Source: an uncultured Trueperaceae bacterium (GTDB lineage: Bacteria > Deinococcota > Deinococci > Deinococcales > Trueperaceae). Taken from it: a stretch of 64,000 bases of DNA. Shown here in pieces: positions 21,342-31,262 of this stretch. Numbering within the stretch: position 1 is the first letter of the stretch; every line of letters begins with the position of its first letter. The translations under genes were made by a program, and so were the position numbers. Below the pieces are notes generated by a model, which saw only the letters and a list, made by a program, of their open reading frames with translations, was not told the DNA's origin and ran no database searches. The stretch lies in the NCBI GenBank assembly GCA_963799485.1, contig CAWCXJ010000010.1:9357-73356 (forward strand). The letters are read 5' to 3'.

Positions 21342-21887
21342 TCACCCCTGCCCGCTTGCAGTTTCCGGACGCGTGTCTACAACGAACAGCGCGTCAGCGA
21401 TAGACTCGGCCCACGCTTCGATCTTCTGCCAGTCCCGGAAATCCCCTTCGAGCCCGCGCATCGACGGGTAACGCCACCAGTCCCCGACGCTCAGGTGTTT
21501 GGGGTCGAAACGCCCGCCGAACAGCACGCTGCCGCGCGGGTGGATATAGGTGATCAGGGTGTTTAAGAGTTTCGGATGTTCTTTCCAGTTGCGCATGGTC
21601 TCAATCGGCGCTTCGCCGGCGACGCCGCTCGAGAATAGCCACACCGGCAGGGTCTCGAGCCGGTCGACAAAACGCCGGGCGAAGTCGGTGGCGTCTAAGA
21701 GCCAGTCGCCTTCGTAGAGGGCGCTGCCCAGGATCACGGCGTGGTAGGGCTCCAGGCTCAGCACGTCCCCCGCAGACTGAACGCTCGCCGCTTGACCGCG
21801 CCGGGTCAGCACCCGGGCGACTGCCTCGGCGATCTCGCGGGTGGCCCCGTGCTGGCTGGCGTAGGCGACGAGAACAGTATCTTCCAC
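21342..21887 (-). CDS. Flavodoxin-domain protein (HemG-like)
   Basis: VLVAYASQHGATREIAE, VILGSALY, PVWLFSSG, GDFRDW..IEAWA; AGGAGG RBS. Confidence 0.9.
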   Translation of the reverse strand: MEDTVLVAYASQHGATREIAEAVARVLTRRGQAASVQSAGDVLSLEPYHAVILGSALYEGDWLLDATDFARRFVDRLETLPVWLFSSGVAGEAPIETMRNWKEHPKLLNTLITYIHPRGSVLFGGRFDPKHLSVGDWWRYPSMRGLEGDFRDWQKIEAWAESIADALFVVDTRPETASGQG

Positions 21888-21902
21888 TCCATAACCTCCT
21901 GG

Positions 21903-22478
21903 TCAGGCTCGAGACGTACCGTGCGCTTCTCCCGCACGCTTAAAACCGGAACCGGCCGGAGCGCCGAGCCGGGGCAAGATAAAGTAGTCGAGGCCGTAGT
22001 AGCCCGCCACGCGCCACGCCAGCACGAGCCAGGTAGCGAGGATAAACATCACCGGGTTCGTCGAGACCGTCCCGGCCAGGAGAAACGCGGCGTTCAGCAG
22101 CCCGCCCATAAAAGCGCTGAACCCGACCAGAAAACCGGTGATGAGAGCGACGCCGACGAGCACTTCACCGAAGGCAACGAGGTGACTCATCACGGGCGCG
22201 TTCGGCAAAAAGATGTTCTCGATAAGCCACCCGTACCAGCCCTGAACGCTGGGGTGGTCGCCTGTAGTCAGCTCAAGCGCCCCGCCCAAAAAACCCCTGA
22301 CTGCGCCGCCCGCATTCGGCCCGACCCACGCCGGATCGGTGATTTTGCCCCAACCCGAACGTAACCAGAGAAAGCCCAAATAGATACGAATCACAGCCCA
22401 GACAGGAGCCATAAACCTCGAGGCGAACAAGAACTTGCTGATACTGGGTTCCGGATAAAACCTCCGGTCGCTGGTCAT
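21903..22478 (-). CDS. DoxX family membrane protein (DoxD-like)
   Basis: RIYLGFLWLRSGWGK, LVAFGEVLVG, LAGTVSTNP, AGYYGLD; AGGAGG RBS. Confidence 0.88.
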   Translation of the reverse strand: MTSDRRFYPEPSISKFLFASRFMAPVWAVIRIYLGFLWLRSGWGKITDPAWVGPNAGGAVRGFLGGALELTTGDHPSVQGWYGWLIENIFLPNAPVMSHLVAFGEVLVGVALITGFLVGFSAFMGGLLNAAFLLAGTVSTNPVMFILATWLVLAWRVAGYYGLDYFILPRLGAPAGSGFKRAGEAHGTSRA

Positions 22479-22754
22479 TTTTCTACCTCCTGACAAAGTC
22501 GACGTTTTCTGATGTTCTACGGCTCTTTGACGTTTTACAGAACCACGCTCTTTACGGAATCACTCTCTTGGCCGGTCATGAAAATCACTTCAAACTAGAC
22601 CGTCCAGAACTTTCACACCAAGTTTTCACGGTATAAATCTGAACCGTAGATAAAACACCTCCTTTAACGGCAGTATGAAAGGGACAAAGGCAGCTTTCGT
22701 CCGGCAAAGGGTGCAGGGGCGCTACATCTTTCAGAGTATTTTTTTGAGGGTATC

Positions 22755-22970
22755 TTGCGGCTCGTGCGCTGCTTGTTCTTGATCAACGACACTTTTTTGC
22801 ATCAGACGGGAGACGAGGCGCTGCGCGTCGTGGCGCGACTTTTCCGAGGCCACCTGCGCGAAGTCGGTACCGTCGCCCGCTGCGGTGGCGCGGAGTTCTT
22901 GCTGCTATCTCCGGAAACGCCTGCGCCAGGTGTGTTTACGGTTATGCGCCAGTCGAAAAAAATGGCTTGA
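22755..22970 (+). pseudogene. GGDEF (diguanylate cyclase) domain fragment
   Basis: INDTFLHQTGDEALRVVA...VARCGGAEFLLL.PET; both ends missing. Confidence 0.75.
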
Positions 22971-23074
22971 GGAGCGTTGCCGATCAGACGATATTTGCTC
23001 ATCGGTACACGACAAAACTCAACGGTTTTAGGACGAACAGCGGCGAATCGGGTAGCCAACCCGCGAGCGGCAAC

Positions 23075-24538
23075 CTAGCTGTCGACCGGATACGGCTTCC
23101 CCAAAGGCAACGTCGCCCGCAGCGTCGTTCCCCGACCGGGCGCGCTGTCAAGCTCGAGGCTCCCTCCCAGCAGTTCGGCGCGTTCGCGCATCGAGGAGAG
23201 CCCCAGATGACCCGGAAACCCGGCGTCGGGTGCAAAGCCTACACCGTCGTCGGTGATTTCCAGTACCGCCTGCTGCGCTTCGACTTTTAGCGTGAGTGAG
23301 ACGCGCTTCGCCTGGGCGTGCTTGAAGATGTTGTGCAGCGCCTCCTGCGCGATGCGGTAGAGCGCTTCCTTGGCCACCATGGAAAATTCGGGTTCGTCGG
23401 GCAGCGAGGTTTCGATCTCGAGCGGACACCTAGCTTGCAGCGCCGCCGTCTGTTTGTTGAGCGCGCTCACGAGCCCTTCGGTCGCCAGCGTTTCAGGGCG
23501 CAGCTCGAAAATCAGCGCGCGCATCTCGGTGATACCCGATTCGGCGAGTTTGAGCACGTAGTCGAGGCGCTCACCGACCCGCTCTAGGTGCGTCGGCAGC
23601 TGGCTCCGCGCACTTCTCGCACCTAGTGCGATGCCGTAAAGCGATTGCGAAACGGAGTCGTGGAGTTCACGGGCCAGGCGCTGACGTTCCTCGAGTGCCA
23701 CCCGGCTCTGCATATCGGCAAACAAGCGGGCGTTTTGCACCGCAAAGGCGCTCTGGTCGGCGATGGCCTGCAAAAACTCGGTATCGGCACCCTGCGCGTA
23801 ACCGGGCGGATAAAAGCTCAGGAGCGCCCCGACGCGTTCGCCCCGGTAACGCAGCGGCACGCCCTGAACGCCGCTCCAGGGTGTGCTGAGTTCGGTATAG
23901 ACGGCCTGGTCGCCGCTCAGCAGATTGTGCGTTAGAAGCGGCTCGAGCGGCGCAGCGTCGGCCCCGAGCCCGAAAGAACCCGTGACGTGGCTCTGAACCG
24001 AGTCGTGACTAAACAGCACGACTGCGCCCGCCGTGGCCGCGGTGGTTTTAACGACCCATTCCGAAATTGTTTGTGAAATCGCGCGAATCGAGGTTTGGAG
24101 GGCGAGGCTCGAGACAATCCGCGCTAACACCCTGGCCTCGCGTTCGGCGCGGCGAGGCTCCGTTACGTCGTGCAGGGCGATGAGCGCGGCGTCTTGGTTC
24201 GCTAGAGAAACCGGCACGCCAAAGGCCGAAACCTCGCATTCCCTGCCACCCGGTTGTACAATCGTAAAATCGTGCGCGACGACTGTCCCACCTAAACTCG
24301 CCAGAAACCAACCTTCAGCAGCCGCTTGTTGCCTGGTGGCGACGTACTCGAGAAAGGTGCGCTCGAGTACCCGGTCATAGGGTTCGCCTAAAATCGCGCA
24401 GCCGCGCGCGTTCAGGTGCAAAAACCGTCCCTGAGCGTCGGTCAACGCGAGACCGTGCGCGGCGACCTCGAACATCCGCGCGAGGATGTCCGCGCCCAAC
24501 TGTTCAAACAGACTGCGTTTTTCAGAGGGGTTGTTCAT
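23075..24538 (-). CDS. PAS-GAF sensor histidine kinase (HisKA_3 type)
   Basis: N-terminal PAS, GAF (FLQAIADQ...VQNARLF), ERQRLARELHDSVSQ, QEALHNIFKHA, DDGVGF, GHLGL. Confidence 0.93.
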   Translation of the reverse strand: MNNPSEKRSLFEQLGADILARMFEVAAHGLALTDAQGRFLHLNARGCAILGEPYDRVLERTFLEYVATRQQAAAEGWFLASLGGTVVAHDFTIVQPGGRECEVSAFGVPVSLANQDAALIALHDVTEPRRAEREARVLARIVSSLALQTSIRAISQTISEWVVKTTAATAGAVVLFSHDSVQSHVTGSFGLGADAAPLEPLLTHNLLSGDQAVYTELSTPWSGVQGVPLRYRGERVGALLSFYPPGYAQGADTEFLQAIADQSAFAVQNARLFADMQSRVALEERQRLARELHDSVSQSLYGIALGARSARSQLPTHLERVGERLDYVLKLAESGITEMRALIFELRPETLATEGLVSALNKQTAALQARCPLEIETSLPDEPEFSMVAKEALYRIAQEALHNIFKHAQAKRVSLTLKVEAQQAVLEITDDGVGFAPDAGFPGHLGLSSMRERAELLGGSLELDSAPGRGTTLRATLPLGKPYPVDS

Positions 24539-24541
24539 ATG

Positions 24542-25180
24542 CTAGTCAAGACTGACGAGCCCCTGCTTGAGCGCAAACAGCGCCGCCTGGGTACGCGACG
24601 ATACGTCGAGCTTCGACAAGAGCCTCGAGACGTGCGTCTTGACCGTAAGTTCGGACAGTCCCAGCGTCTGGGCAATCTCTCTGTTCGCGTGACCCTTTCC
24701 GATGAGCCGCAAGATGTCGGTCTCGCGGGCCGTGAGCGACTCGCGCATGTCGGCGGTTCGCACCTCCTTGACGAGGCGTTTGGCAGCTTCCGGGTGCAAC
24801 CTGACCTCGCCGCGACCGGCGGCGTAAACCGCTTCGATGAGTGCGTCCGCGTCGGTGTCTTTGAGCAAATAGCCCATCGCCCCGGCCTGCACCGCGTCGA
24901 TAACCAGATGGTCTTCTAATACGCTTGTCACGGCAATAACCTCGACCTCGGGAAAGCGCGCCTTGATGTTGCGGGTGGCGCTCACCCCGTCCATGACGGG
25001 CATCAAGAGATCCATCAGCACCACGTCGGGCCGAAGCGCCGCGACCGCCGCGAGCGCCTCTTTGCCGTTTGCGGCCTCACCGACTACGACAAGCCGTTCG
25101 TCGGGCTCCAGAAAAAGCCGAAGACCCTCACGCACGACGGCGTGGTCATCGACCAGCAAGATACGAACCGCCGCGTTCAT
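24542..25180 (-). CDS. NarL/LiaR-type response regulator
   Basis: LVDDHAVVREG, VLMDLLMP, GYLLK, LTARETDIL...NREIA..L.LSELTVKTHVS. Confidence 0.95.
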   Translation of the reverse strand: MNAAVRILLVDDHAVVREGLRLFLEPDERLVVVGEAANGKEALAAVAALRPDVVLMDLLMPVMDGVSATRNIKARFPEVEVIAVTSVLEDHLVIDAVQAGAMGYLLKDTDADALIEAVYAAGRGEVRLHPEAAKRLVKEVRTADMRESLTARETDILRLIGKGHANREIAQTLGLSELTVKTHVSRLLSKLDVSSRTQAALFALKQGLVSLD

Positions 25181-25393
25181 CCGCTTCAGCTTATCAGGTA
25201 TCGGTTCCGGATGCGTTTTTTAGCCGTGCCCAACCCGGCACTACATCTCTACCCGGCACTACATCTTTAGCTGTACGCGTTATAGCTTCCTTTGCAGGGC
25301 GACGCCGCCTGTAAACCCACCCAATGATAAGGTATGCGCCAGCGGGAGGGCCGAAAATGCGGCATCTAAGAAACTGTAATTCAACCACAGGCG

Positions 25394-26320
25394 GTGAAGA
25401 CGGTGCAGAAAACAGTGTACAAGCGTATCCTTATGCCCCTCGACGGGAGCCCTTGCAGCGAACAGGCGCTGGGCTGGGGGCTCGAGTTCGCCCGCGCCTT
25501 GGACGCGGAGGTGGCCTTTTTATATGTGCTGGAAAACCCCTTGAGCAGCACCTACCTGCCGGGGGGTGCCCTTTACGCCACTGAGCTGATGCAAGATTTG
25601 CACGAAGCCGGCACCGCCATTCTGGAAAACGCGAAGGTGCGCGCCGAAGCTGCGGGCGTAGCCTGCGACGCGTTTATCCGGGGGGCCGGCCGACCTGCGG
25701 AGGCCATCCTCGCGGCTGAAAGCGCCTATCACCTGACACTTATGGGAACGCACAGCCGCCGGGGGCTAGACCGTTTGTTTCTCGGGTCGGTGACCGAAGC
25801 GGTGCTGCGCCGCTCGGATAAACCGCACCTCATCCTCCACTGCCATGAGGAGAACACAGCGGTACATTCTCCCAACCTCGAGCATTTCCTTTTTCCCATC
25901 GACGGCAGCGTCTGCAGCGAGTACGCCACCGAAGCAGGCTTAAACCTGGCTGCGGCACTCGGGGCCGGGGTCACTTTTTTGTACGCGCTCGAGACCCCCT
26001 TTGCCATTTACACCATCCCCGAAATGACGAGCTACCAAACCGACATCCGTGAAGACTTGAAAAAAGCCGCGCAAACGTCGCTAGGCAAAGCTCAGCGCCG
26101 CGCCGCCGAGCTCGGGGTCGAGGCGGACGTCCGGCTTATAGAAACCCCCAATACCCGCGCTGAGGAAGCCATTTTAACCGCCGAAAAAGCGTTCGACTTG
26201 ACGGTTATGGGTACGCACGGTCGCCGGGGTCTGGGCCGCGCGCTGCTCGGCTCGGTCACAGAAGGCGTGCTGCGGCAGTCCTCGGCTCCCCATCTCATCG
26301 TGCGCTGTAGGGAGCGGTAG
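25394..26320 (+). CDS. Tandem-domain universal stress protein
   Basis: Two USP domains (ILMPLDGS...MGTHSRRG..GSVTE; LFPIDGS...MGTHGRRG..GSVTE). Confidence 0.93.
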   Translation: MKTVQKTVYKRILMPLDGSPCSEQALGWGLEFARALDAEVAFLYVLENPLSSTYLPGGALYATELMQDLHEAGTAILENAKVRAEAAGVACDAFIRGAGRPAEAILAAESAYHLTLMGTHSRRGLDRLFLGSVTEAVLRRSDKPHLILHCHEENTAVHSPNLEHFLFPIDGSVCSEYATEAGLNLAAALGAGVTFLYALETPFAIYTIPEMTSYQTDIREDLKKAAQTSLGKAQRRAAELGVEADVRLIETPNTRAEEAILTAEKAFDLTVMGTHGRRGLGRALLGSVTEGVLRQSSAPHLIVRCRER

Positions 26321-26479
26321 ACGGGCTGTGGCCAACTACGGTAGCAAAGACGTGTGTTTTTCTCTATCAGTAGTCTGTTGACAAGCGCAGTGATCGGCTT
26401 TAGAACCGAATGAAAAGTCGTCGTAGCTTTGCACAAAAACCCCACAAAAACCTTCATCTGCACAAGAAGTCAAGACTAT

Positions 26480-27599
26480 GCACTAAAACCCGGACGAAAG
26501 TCTGTATAGTCCTGGATGAATCAAAAAACGCAGACTTCGGCCCTCTCATTACGAGCGTTCACGAGCCCCCACAAAACGCTTCTCAAAGACCGCCGCTTGC
26601 ACGAAGGACTTGACGCGTGCGTGTGGGGCATCATTGGTAGCGGAGGTTGCAAGGTGGCGCAGATGGCGGCGTGCAATCTTTTGACGGCGGGGACGAAACA
26701 CGGCGAACGCAGGTTGAGGCGGTTGTTGCACGGTAGCAACAACCGCACCGAGATGACGGCCCAGGCGTTGGGAAGTGCTCACGTCCGAAGGGGCGAAACA
26801 GTTGGCGGGCGAACACGAGGTGCTGCTCATCATCGATGAGTCCGACCTCAAAGCCGTTTGCACGCGAGCTGGCGTGTCTCGGTACGGTACGTGACCCCGA
26901 CGGTAATTTGGTTTCCGGGTTTCACACGCTCACAGTTTTGGGCAGCGGCGAGACGGGTCGGCGGGCGCTTTTGTACCAGCACAGCTGTTCAGCTCAGGCT
27001 CCAGGGTTTGTCAGCGTCAATGACGAATATCGCACGGCGATGAAAGAGGTTTCAGCTGCGCTTAGCGCCGAGCGGGTAGGACGGTTGTTATGGGTGACGA
27101 ACCGAGGTTTTGACGACCTACAAACTGCTGCGGTGGCTCCATGGGCGCGGTGAATGCTTCGTAGTGCCTTCGCAACATCCCAAGCGGCGAGCCAAAATAC
27201 GCGTAGACGCCCCTGCCAAGCCGCTTGCAAGCTGGCTCGGTGAGGCTGCTGTTACAGGTCAACTGCCGTTGGAAAAACAGTTGCTGAGCACGACCTCCCG
27301 GGCCTGCTACCAAGTGGATGTCCGTGCCTTGGCCTGGCTTGCCGCCGCGTTTAGCTTCGACCTCGGCGCAACCCTCGAGCAACCCGAAGTTTTGTTCCTA
27401 GCGACGCTCGGCGGCTGGACGCCGGGTAAAGCTAAACCTGGTAAAGCTGCCCTCGGCAAGGGTCTCGCCCGGCTATCACATCATCTGGTGCTTGAGCAGC
27501 TCGCCAGAAAACCGGCTAAGGCCGCCTCGTTACGCTGCTTGACCCATGACTTACTGCGTTCCTGACCTGCTCGATCGACTTTCGTCCGGGTTTTAGTGC
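26480..27599 (+). mobile_element. Frameshifted, probably internally deleted IS (IS4-family-like) with perfect 23-bp terminal inverted repeats
   Basis: GCACTAAAACCCGGACGAAAGTC at 26480-26502 and its exact reverse complement at 27577-27599; transposase fragments in several frames (LLIIDESDL, LWVTNRGFDD). Confidence 0.85.
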
Positions 27600-27622
27600 C
27601 CGGCGCGGCTTAAGCTTAGCGT

Positions 27623-28147
27623 GTGAATCACGCCGACGCCGTTTCCTTTATCGAGGCCGGGGTTACAGCTTCCGGCGAAACCTGGGCCGACCTCGGGGCC
27701 GGAAGCGGCGTTTTTACCCGCGCCCTCAGCGACCTGCTCGGCCCGCAAGGTGAGGTTATCGCCGTGGACCGGGACGCGCGCGCCCTCCAGGAAATCGGCG
27801 CGCCGCCCGTTTCCGGCGCGCCGATACGTTTTTACCGGGCCGACTTTAGAGCGCGTCTCGAGCTGCCCAATCTAGACGGCCTGCTGCTCGCCAACTCGCT
27901 TCACTTCGTCATGCGGCAAGAACGTGTGTTGCGCCAACTCATAAGCTATGTGCGCCCCGGCGGAAAAATCCTTGTCGCCGAATACGATGTTCGGCAGGCC
28001 TCACCGTGGAATCCGTATCCTGTCCCGCTCGAGCGGTTGCAAAAACTTGCCGCCGCCGCAGGTTTGCAAGGGGTCACAGAACTAGCGCGTCGGCCTTCGC
28101 GCTTCGGTGGACGCGACCTCTATACGGCAGTCGCGCTCAAACCCTGA
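27623..28147 (+). CDS. Class I SAM-dependent methyltransferase
   Basis: WADLGAGSGVFT, AVDRD, ANSLHF, RPGG; TAAGCT 6 nt before GTG. Confidence 0.9.
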   Translation: MNHADAVSFIEAGVTASGETWADLGAGSGVFTRALSDLLGPQGEVIAVDRDARALQEIGAPPVSGAPIRFYRADFRARLELPNLDGLLLANSLHFVMRQERVLRQLISYVRPGGKILVAEYDVRQASPWNPYPVPLERLQKLAAAAGLQGVTELARRPSRFGGRDLYTAVALKP

Positions 28148-28553
28148 ACGTGCCGTGCTCGGGAGGGTATTTCTCAGGCTTTTCAAGGGAACGCGCTTTA
28201 ATCGCCGCCGCCGAACGCTTAGCCCGCGCTCGTAAAAACGTCTCGACCAGCGAGCCGGTCGTAACACCCTGAAAAAGATGCTCCCGGTACGCTCCACGCC
28301 TCAAAAGCCGATGTTGCGTCCTAAAAGTCCGAGCCTGAGTTGGCGTCTGGGCAGGTACGTTTTGCCGTTCAAAACGTCTGCAAAAGCGTTGGGTAACCAG
28401 TCCACGGCTTTTAGGCGCGCCCTAACGTCGGCGACGGTGCACTGTGGACGAGGAGTTTGATCTGGTGAACTACTACAAGGGGACTGGGGTCAGTGCGGCG
28501 CGGCTAAACGGTTTCGCAAAAGGCCTATAGATCGCAAATTAGGTACCTAAGAG

Positions 28554-28745
28554 CTACCACCCTGGAGGGTCACTTGCCGGGAACGACTCCCAAGAGGCTT
28601 GATCGACACGGTTCCAGGTCTTCTCCTCAGACCTTTTCGCTACAGTTTGCGCGCCCCGTGTTTTGTCCCTATCGCGTTGTTTTTCCCCGCGAGCGCCCGG
28701 CTCGGATTGTTGGGCTTTGGTAGCGGCTTTTTCTTCGTGAGTCAC
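28554..28745 (-). CDS. Small hypothetical protein with C-terminal ESFPASDPP motif
   Basis: VDQASWESFPASDPPGW; GGAGG RBS before GTG. Confidence 0.75.
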   Translation of the reverse strand: MTHEEKAATKAQQSEPGARGEKQRDRDKTRGAQTVAKRSEEKTWNRVDQASWESFPASDPPGW

Positions 28746-28901
28746 GTTTGCCTCCCCTCACGCTTTCCTACAGGTGTATGCACACCATACTGGCACACAA
28801 CTTCCTTTTTATCGCGGTTCTTAAAGACATCGGGTGCACGACCCGGCTTTGACGCCGATACAGGGTTCACAGATAACATCGGCCGGTTCCCGGTAGGAGC
28901 A

Positions 28902-29186
28902 TTATAGAAGTGTCAGCGCGACCAGAAGCAGCGAAGTGACGAGCGAAATGGGAGTAATGCGGCTCGAGAACCGCTGCAACGCGGCGCGGTTTTGGATGGT
29001 GGTAGTCTTCCCTGCCGCCTCCCCAACTTCACGCTCAGCCAGCGCCGGCTGCCGGCTGCCGATAAGGTAGCCGTGCGCGCCGACGGTCACGGTGAGGACG
29101 AGGAGAAGCAGCAGGCGCACAAGTGTCCAGGTTGAAAAGCCTTGCAAGAGCAGGGCGAGCCAGACGAGCAGCAGCGGGCCAGTCAC
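28902..29186 (-). pseudogene. Membrane protein fragment, probably N-terminally truncated
   Basis: Hydrophobic helices with a His-containing segment (VGAHGY); no clear RBS; last ORF of the globin operon. Confidence 0.45.
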
Positions 29187-29220
29187 ACTCCGGCGAGAAG
29201 CCCCTCGCGCGTATTCAAAA

Positions 29221-29472
29221 TCACCGCTTCGCCAGCAGCGCCGTCAAGTCGGCAAAAGTGGCCTCGACATCGTCGACCCGGCAGGTTCGGCCTAACACCT
29301 GCTTTAAGGTCATGCATCTGGCACCACGGTGGCAGCGCGTCAGCGGGTTGACGCCGTGCTTTTCCAGAACTTCGGCAGCTTCGGGACAAACGCTCAAAAG
29401 CTCGTCCATCGTCCAGGCAGTAAGTGGGCTCTCCGGGGCCATATCAACCAGGCCCACATAAACCAGGTTCAC
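29221..29472 (-). CDS. Small Cys-containing DUF1858/ScdA_N-like protein
   Basis: TMDELL..CPEAAEVLEKHG.....C....CMTLKQ; start overlaps upstream stop (alternative ATG 29442). Confidence 0.7.
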   Translation of the reverse strand: MNLVYVGLVDMAPESPLTAWTMDELLSVCPEAAEVLEKHGVNPLTRCHRGARCMTLKQVLGRTCRVDDVEATFADLTALLAKR

Positions 29473-29849
29473 ATAAACCAGGTCAGATAGGTGTCTTCCT
29501 GGTGGGTAGCGCGGTGTTTGGGTTCGGATACCCCCGCGACCTTGTGCAAAAACGCCACGAAGACCAACGCTTCGTCCAGTGCCCGGATAGCGTGAACTTC
29601 ACCCGCGCCAAAAACGACCAGGGCGTCGGGTTCCAGCAGCACCTCACGTCCGTCGGCCCCGGAGAACATCCCCTTGCCCCTGAGCACGACGATATGAACC
29701 GGCGAGTGCGGCGCGCAGTGTTTAGCAATGTGCTGATGCGGCCTGAGGGTAAAGCGCAGTACCCGTCCGTTCTCGTCTACAAGCAGCGGTTTAGCCGAGG
29801 GGCGCTCGTCACGGAACTCGAGACTTTGCAGTAAAGGCAGGGTCTTCAT
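29469..29849 (-). CDS. Cupin domain protein
   Basis: LRFTLRPHQHIAKH...VLRGKG...GEVHAIRA. Confidence 0.88.
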   Translation of the reverse strand: MKTLPLLQSLEFRDERPSAKPLLVDENGRVLRFTLRPHQHIAKHCAPHSPVHIVVLRGKGMFSGADGREVLLEPDALVVFGAGEVHAIRALDEALVFVAFLHKVAGVSEPKHRATHQEDTYLTWFM

Positions 29850-30226
29850 CTTCTCTCCTCACCTTTATCTTTAACGAGGGTGAGGAGCAGGGCGCTCGGC
29901 GCGTCGCTGTCGTTGCGGGGTGAAACGCGCGTCTCACCGGAAAAGCCGAGCAGCTGCCGGGAGGCGAGGACTACCTCGTCCTCCCCCAACTGCACAGTAG
30001 TCGTTCCGCTGAGGCCCTGTAAGCGCACGTAGCAGCCGGGGTGCTGGTGGCGCGGCAGCGCCTGTCCGGGGGCCAGCGTCAGGTGGCTGACCTTGAGGCA
30101 GGGCTGCTGCACGAGTACCGTGCGGTTGGGGCGCACCGCGCTCACCTCGAGAAAGCTTTCCAACGCCAGGGGTGCGGGCGGGCTTACGTCTGGTTTCATC
30201 TTGTCTCCTTTAGCCTCAGCCGCCAT
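29846..30226 (-). CDS. Cupin domain protein
   Basis: LTLAPGQALPRHQHPG...LSG...PRNDSD; ATGA-coupled to the next gene. Confidence 0.85.
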   Translation of the reverse strand: MAAEAKGDKMKPDVSPPAPLALESFLEVSAVRPNRTVLVQQPCLKVSHLTLAPGQALPRHQHPGCYVRLQGLSGTTTVQLGEDEVVLASRQLLGFSGETRVSPRNDSDAPSALLLTLVKDKGEERR

Positions 30227-30235
30227 AGAAACAGC

Positions 30236-30685
30236 TCAGGCGTCGCCAAGAGGGGTGTCTTTTGCGGTGGAGCCTTTGTTTATGCCGCTTTGTAGACCGG
30301 CAGCGTAGCCCTTCGTTTGGGGCCTAACGAAGAGCACACCCTGCATCCGCTCACTCATACGCGACGCGGCGGTATAGATACGCCCTGCCAATTCGGGGAC
30401 GAACAGCTCAGAGAGCGTCTCCTGAAAAAGCTCGAGCCAGTCCTGAAAATGTTCGGGTTTAAGTCCTTGTATTAGAAGATGCGCGTGCAGAGGCTGACCG
30501 TAGTAGCGTCTGCTGGTAAGCAGCACACTCGACCAGAAGTCCACCACGCGCGCCAGATGCGCGTCCCAGCGTCCGGCGAGTGCCGCGTTGAAGATGGGGC
30601 CGAGAGTCTCGTGGGTACGCACGCGCGCGTAAAAAGCTCCGACGAGCGCCTCGATGCTCGCTTCGGTGATAGACGTATGCTTCAT
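30236..30685 (-). CDS. Group III truncated hemoglobin (trHbP-like)
   Basis: LVGAFYARVR..ETLGPIF...WDAHLARVVDFWSSVLL...YYGQPLHAH...EHFQDWLELF; AAGGA RBS. Confidence 0.92.
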   Translation of the reverse strand: MKHTSITEASIEALVGAFYARVRTHETLGPIFNAALAGRWDAHLARVVDFWSSVLLTSRRYYGQPLHAHLLIQGLKPEHFQDWLELFQETLSELFVPELAGRIYTAASRMSERMQGVLFVRPQTKGYAAGLQSGINKGSTAKDTPLGDA

Positions 30686-30709
30686 GCCGGGTTCCTTTCA
30701 GGTAGCACT

Positions 30710-30940
30710 TTAGGTAACAACTTCGTACTCTGCCTCGTAAACGAGGCAGTCTCCAGGTCGGTACTTCCATAAGGCCAAATCTTCACGCCAGACGGTAGCG
30801 CCGACCGGACAAGCTGCCATCGCCTCGAGCGTCTCACTGGTGACGGGGATACGTTCAGGCGTGTTGCGGATAACCGGGGCGGCGGCGTAGCACAGCTCGC
30901 AGTAAACGCAGCGCGTCCATACGCATCGTGGTCGGCCCAA
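30710..30940 (-). pseudogene. Ferredoxin-like ORF, probably frameshifted at its 5' end
   Basis: RCVYCELCYAAAP...EAMAACPVGA (CxxCxxC...CP); no good in-frame start. Confidence 0.6.
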
Positions 30941-31262
30941 ACACGGTCAGCTTTGGGACAGGCTCGAGCAAACCGATAACCCAAAGAAAGCGCACCAAAT
31001 AACGGAAACTCGAGGAGCCGTCCGGTAGAGGGAGCCGCAGCCACCATATGCTTAAGCATGACGACTGCTGCCGGGGTCACGCCATGACCTAAGTCGTCAC
31101 TAGGTCATCACTGTGGGATTACCAAGTCATCACTGTGGGATCATCGCAAAAGGCCGCAGTTGGCAAGTCGCTCGAGTTAAAACGTTTGGGTTAAAGCACC
31201 GTGGCAAGTTCCGATTAGCGTTGGGAACAAGCTTTCTTAACGTTCACCCGGCGCTGAACGTC

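Noticed and set aside
26365..26479. Possible additional IS or MITE end (TAGTCTGTTGACAA...)
   Set aside because: No partner inverted repeat or transposase fragment was found.
30682..31080. 132-aa ORF as an independent gene upstream of the globin
   Set aside because: Its sequence looks non-coding, and the overlapping frame carries the ferredoxin Cys motif.
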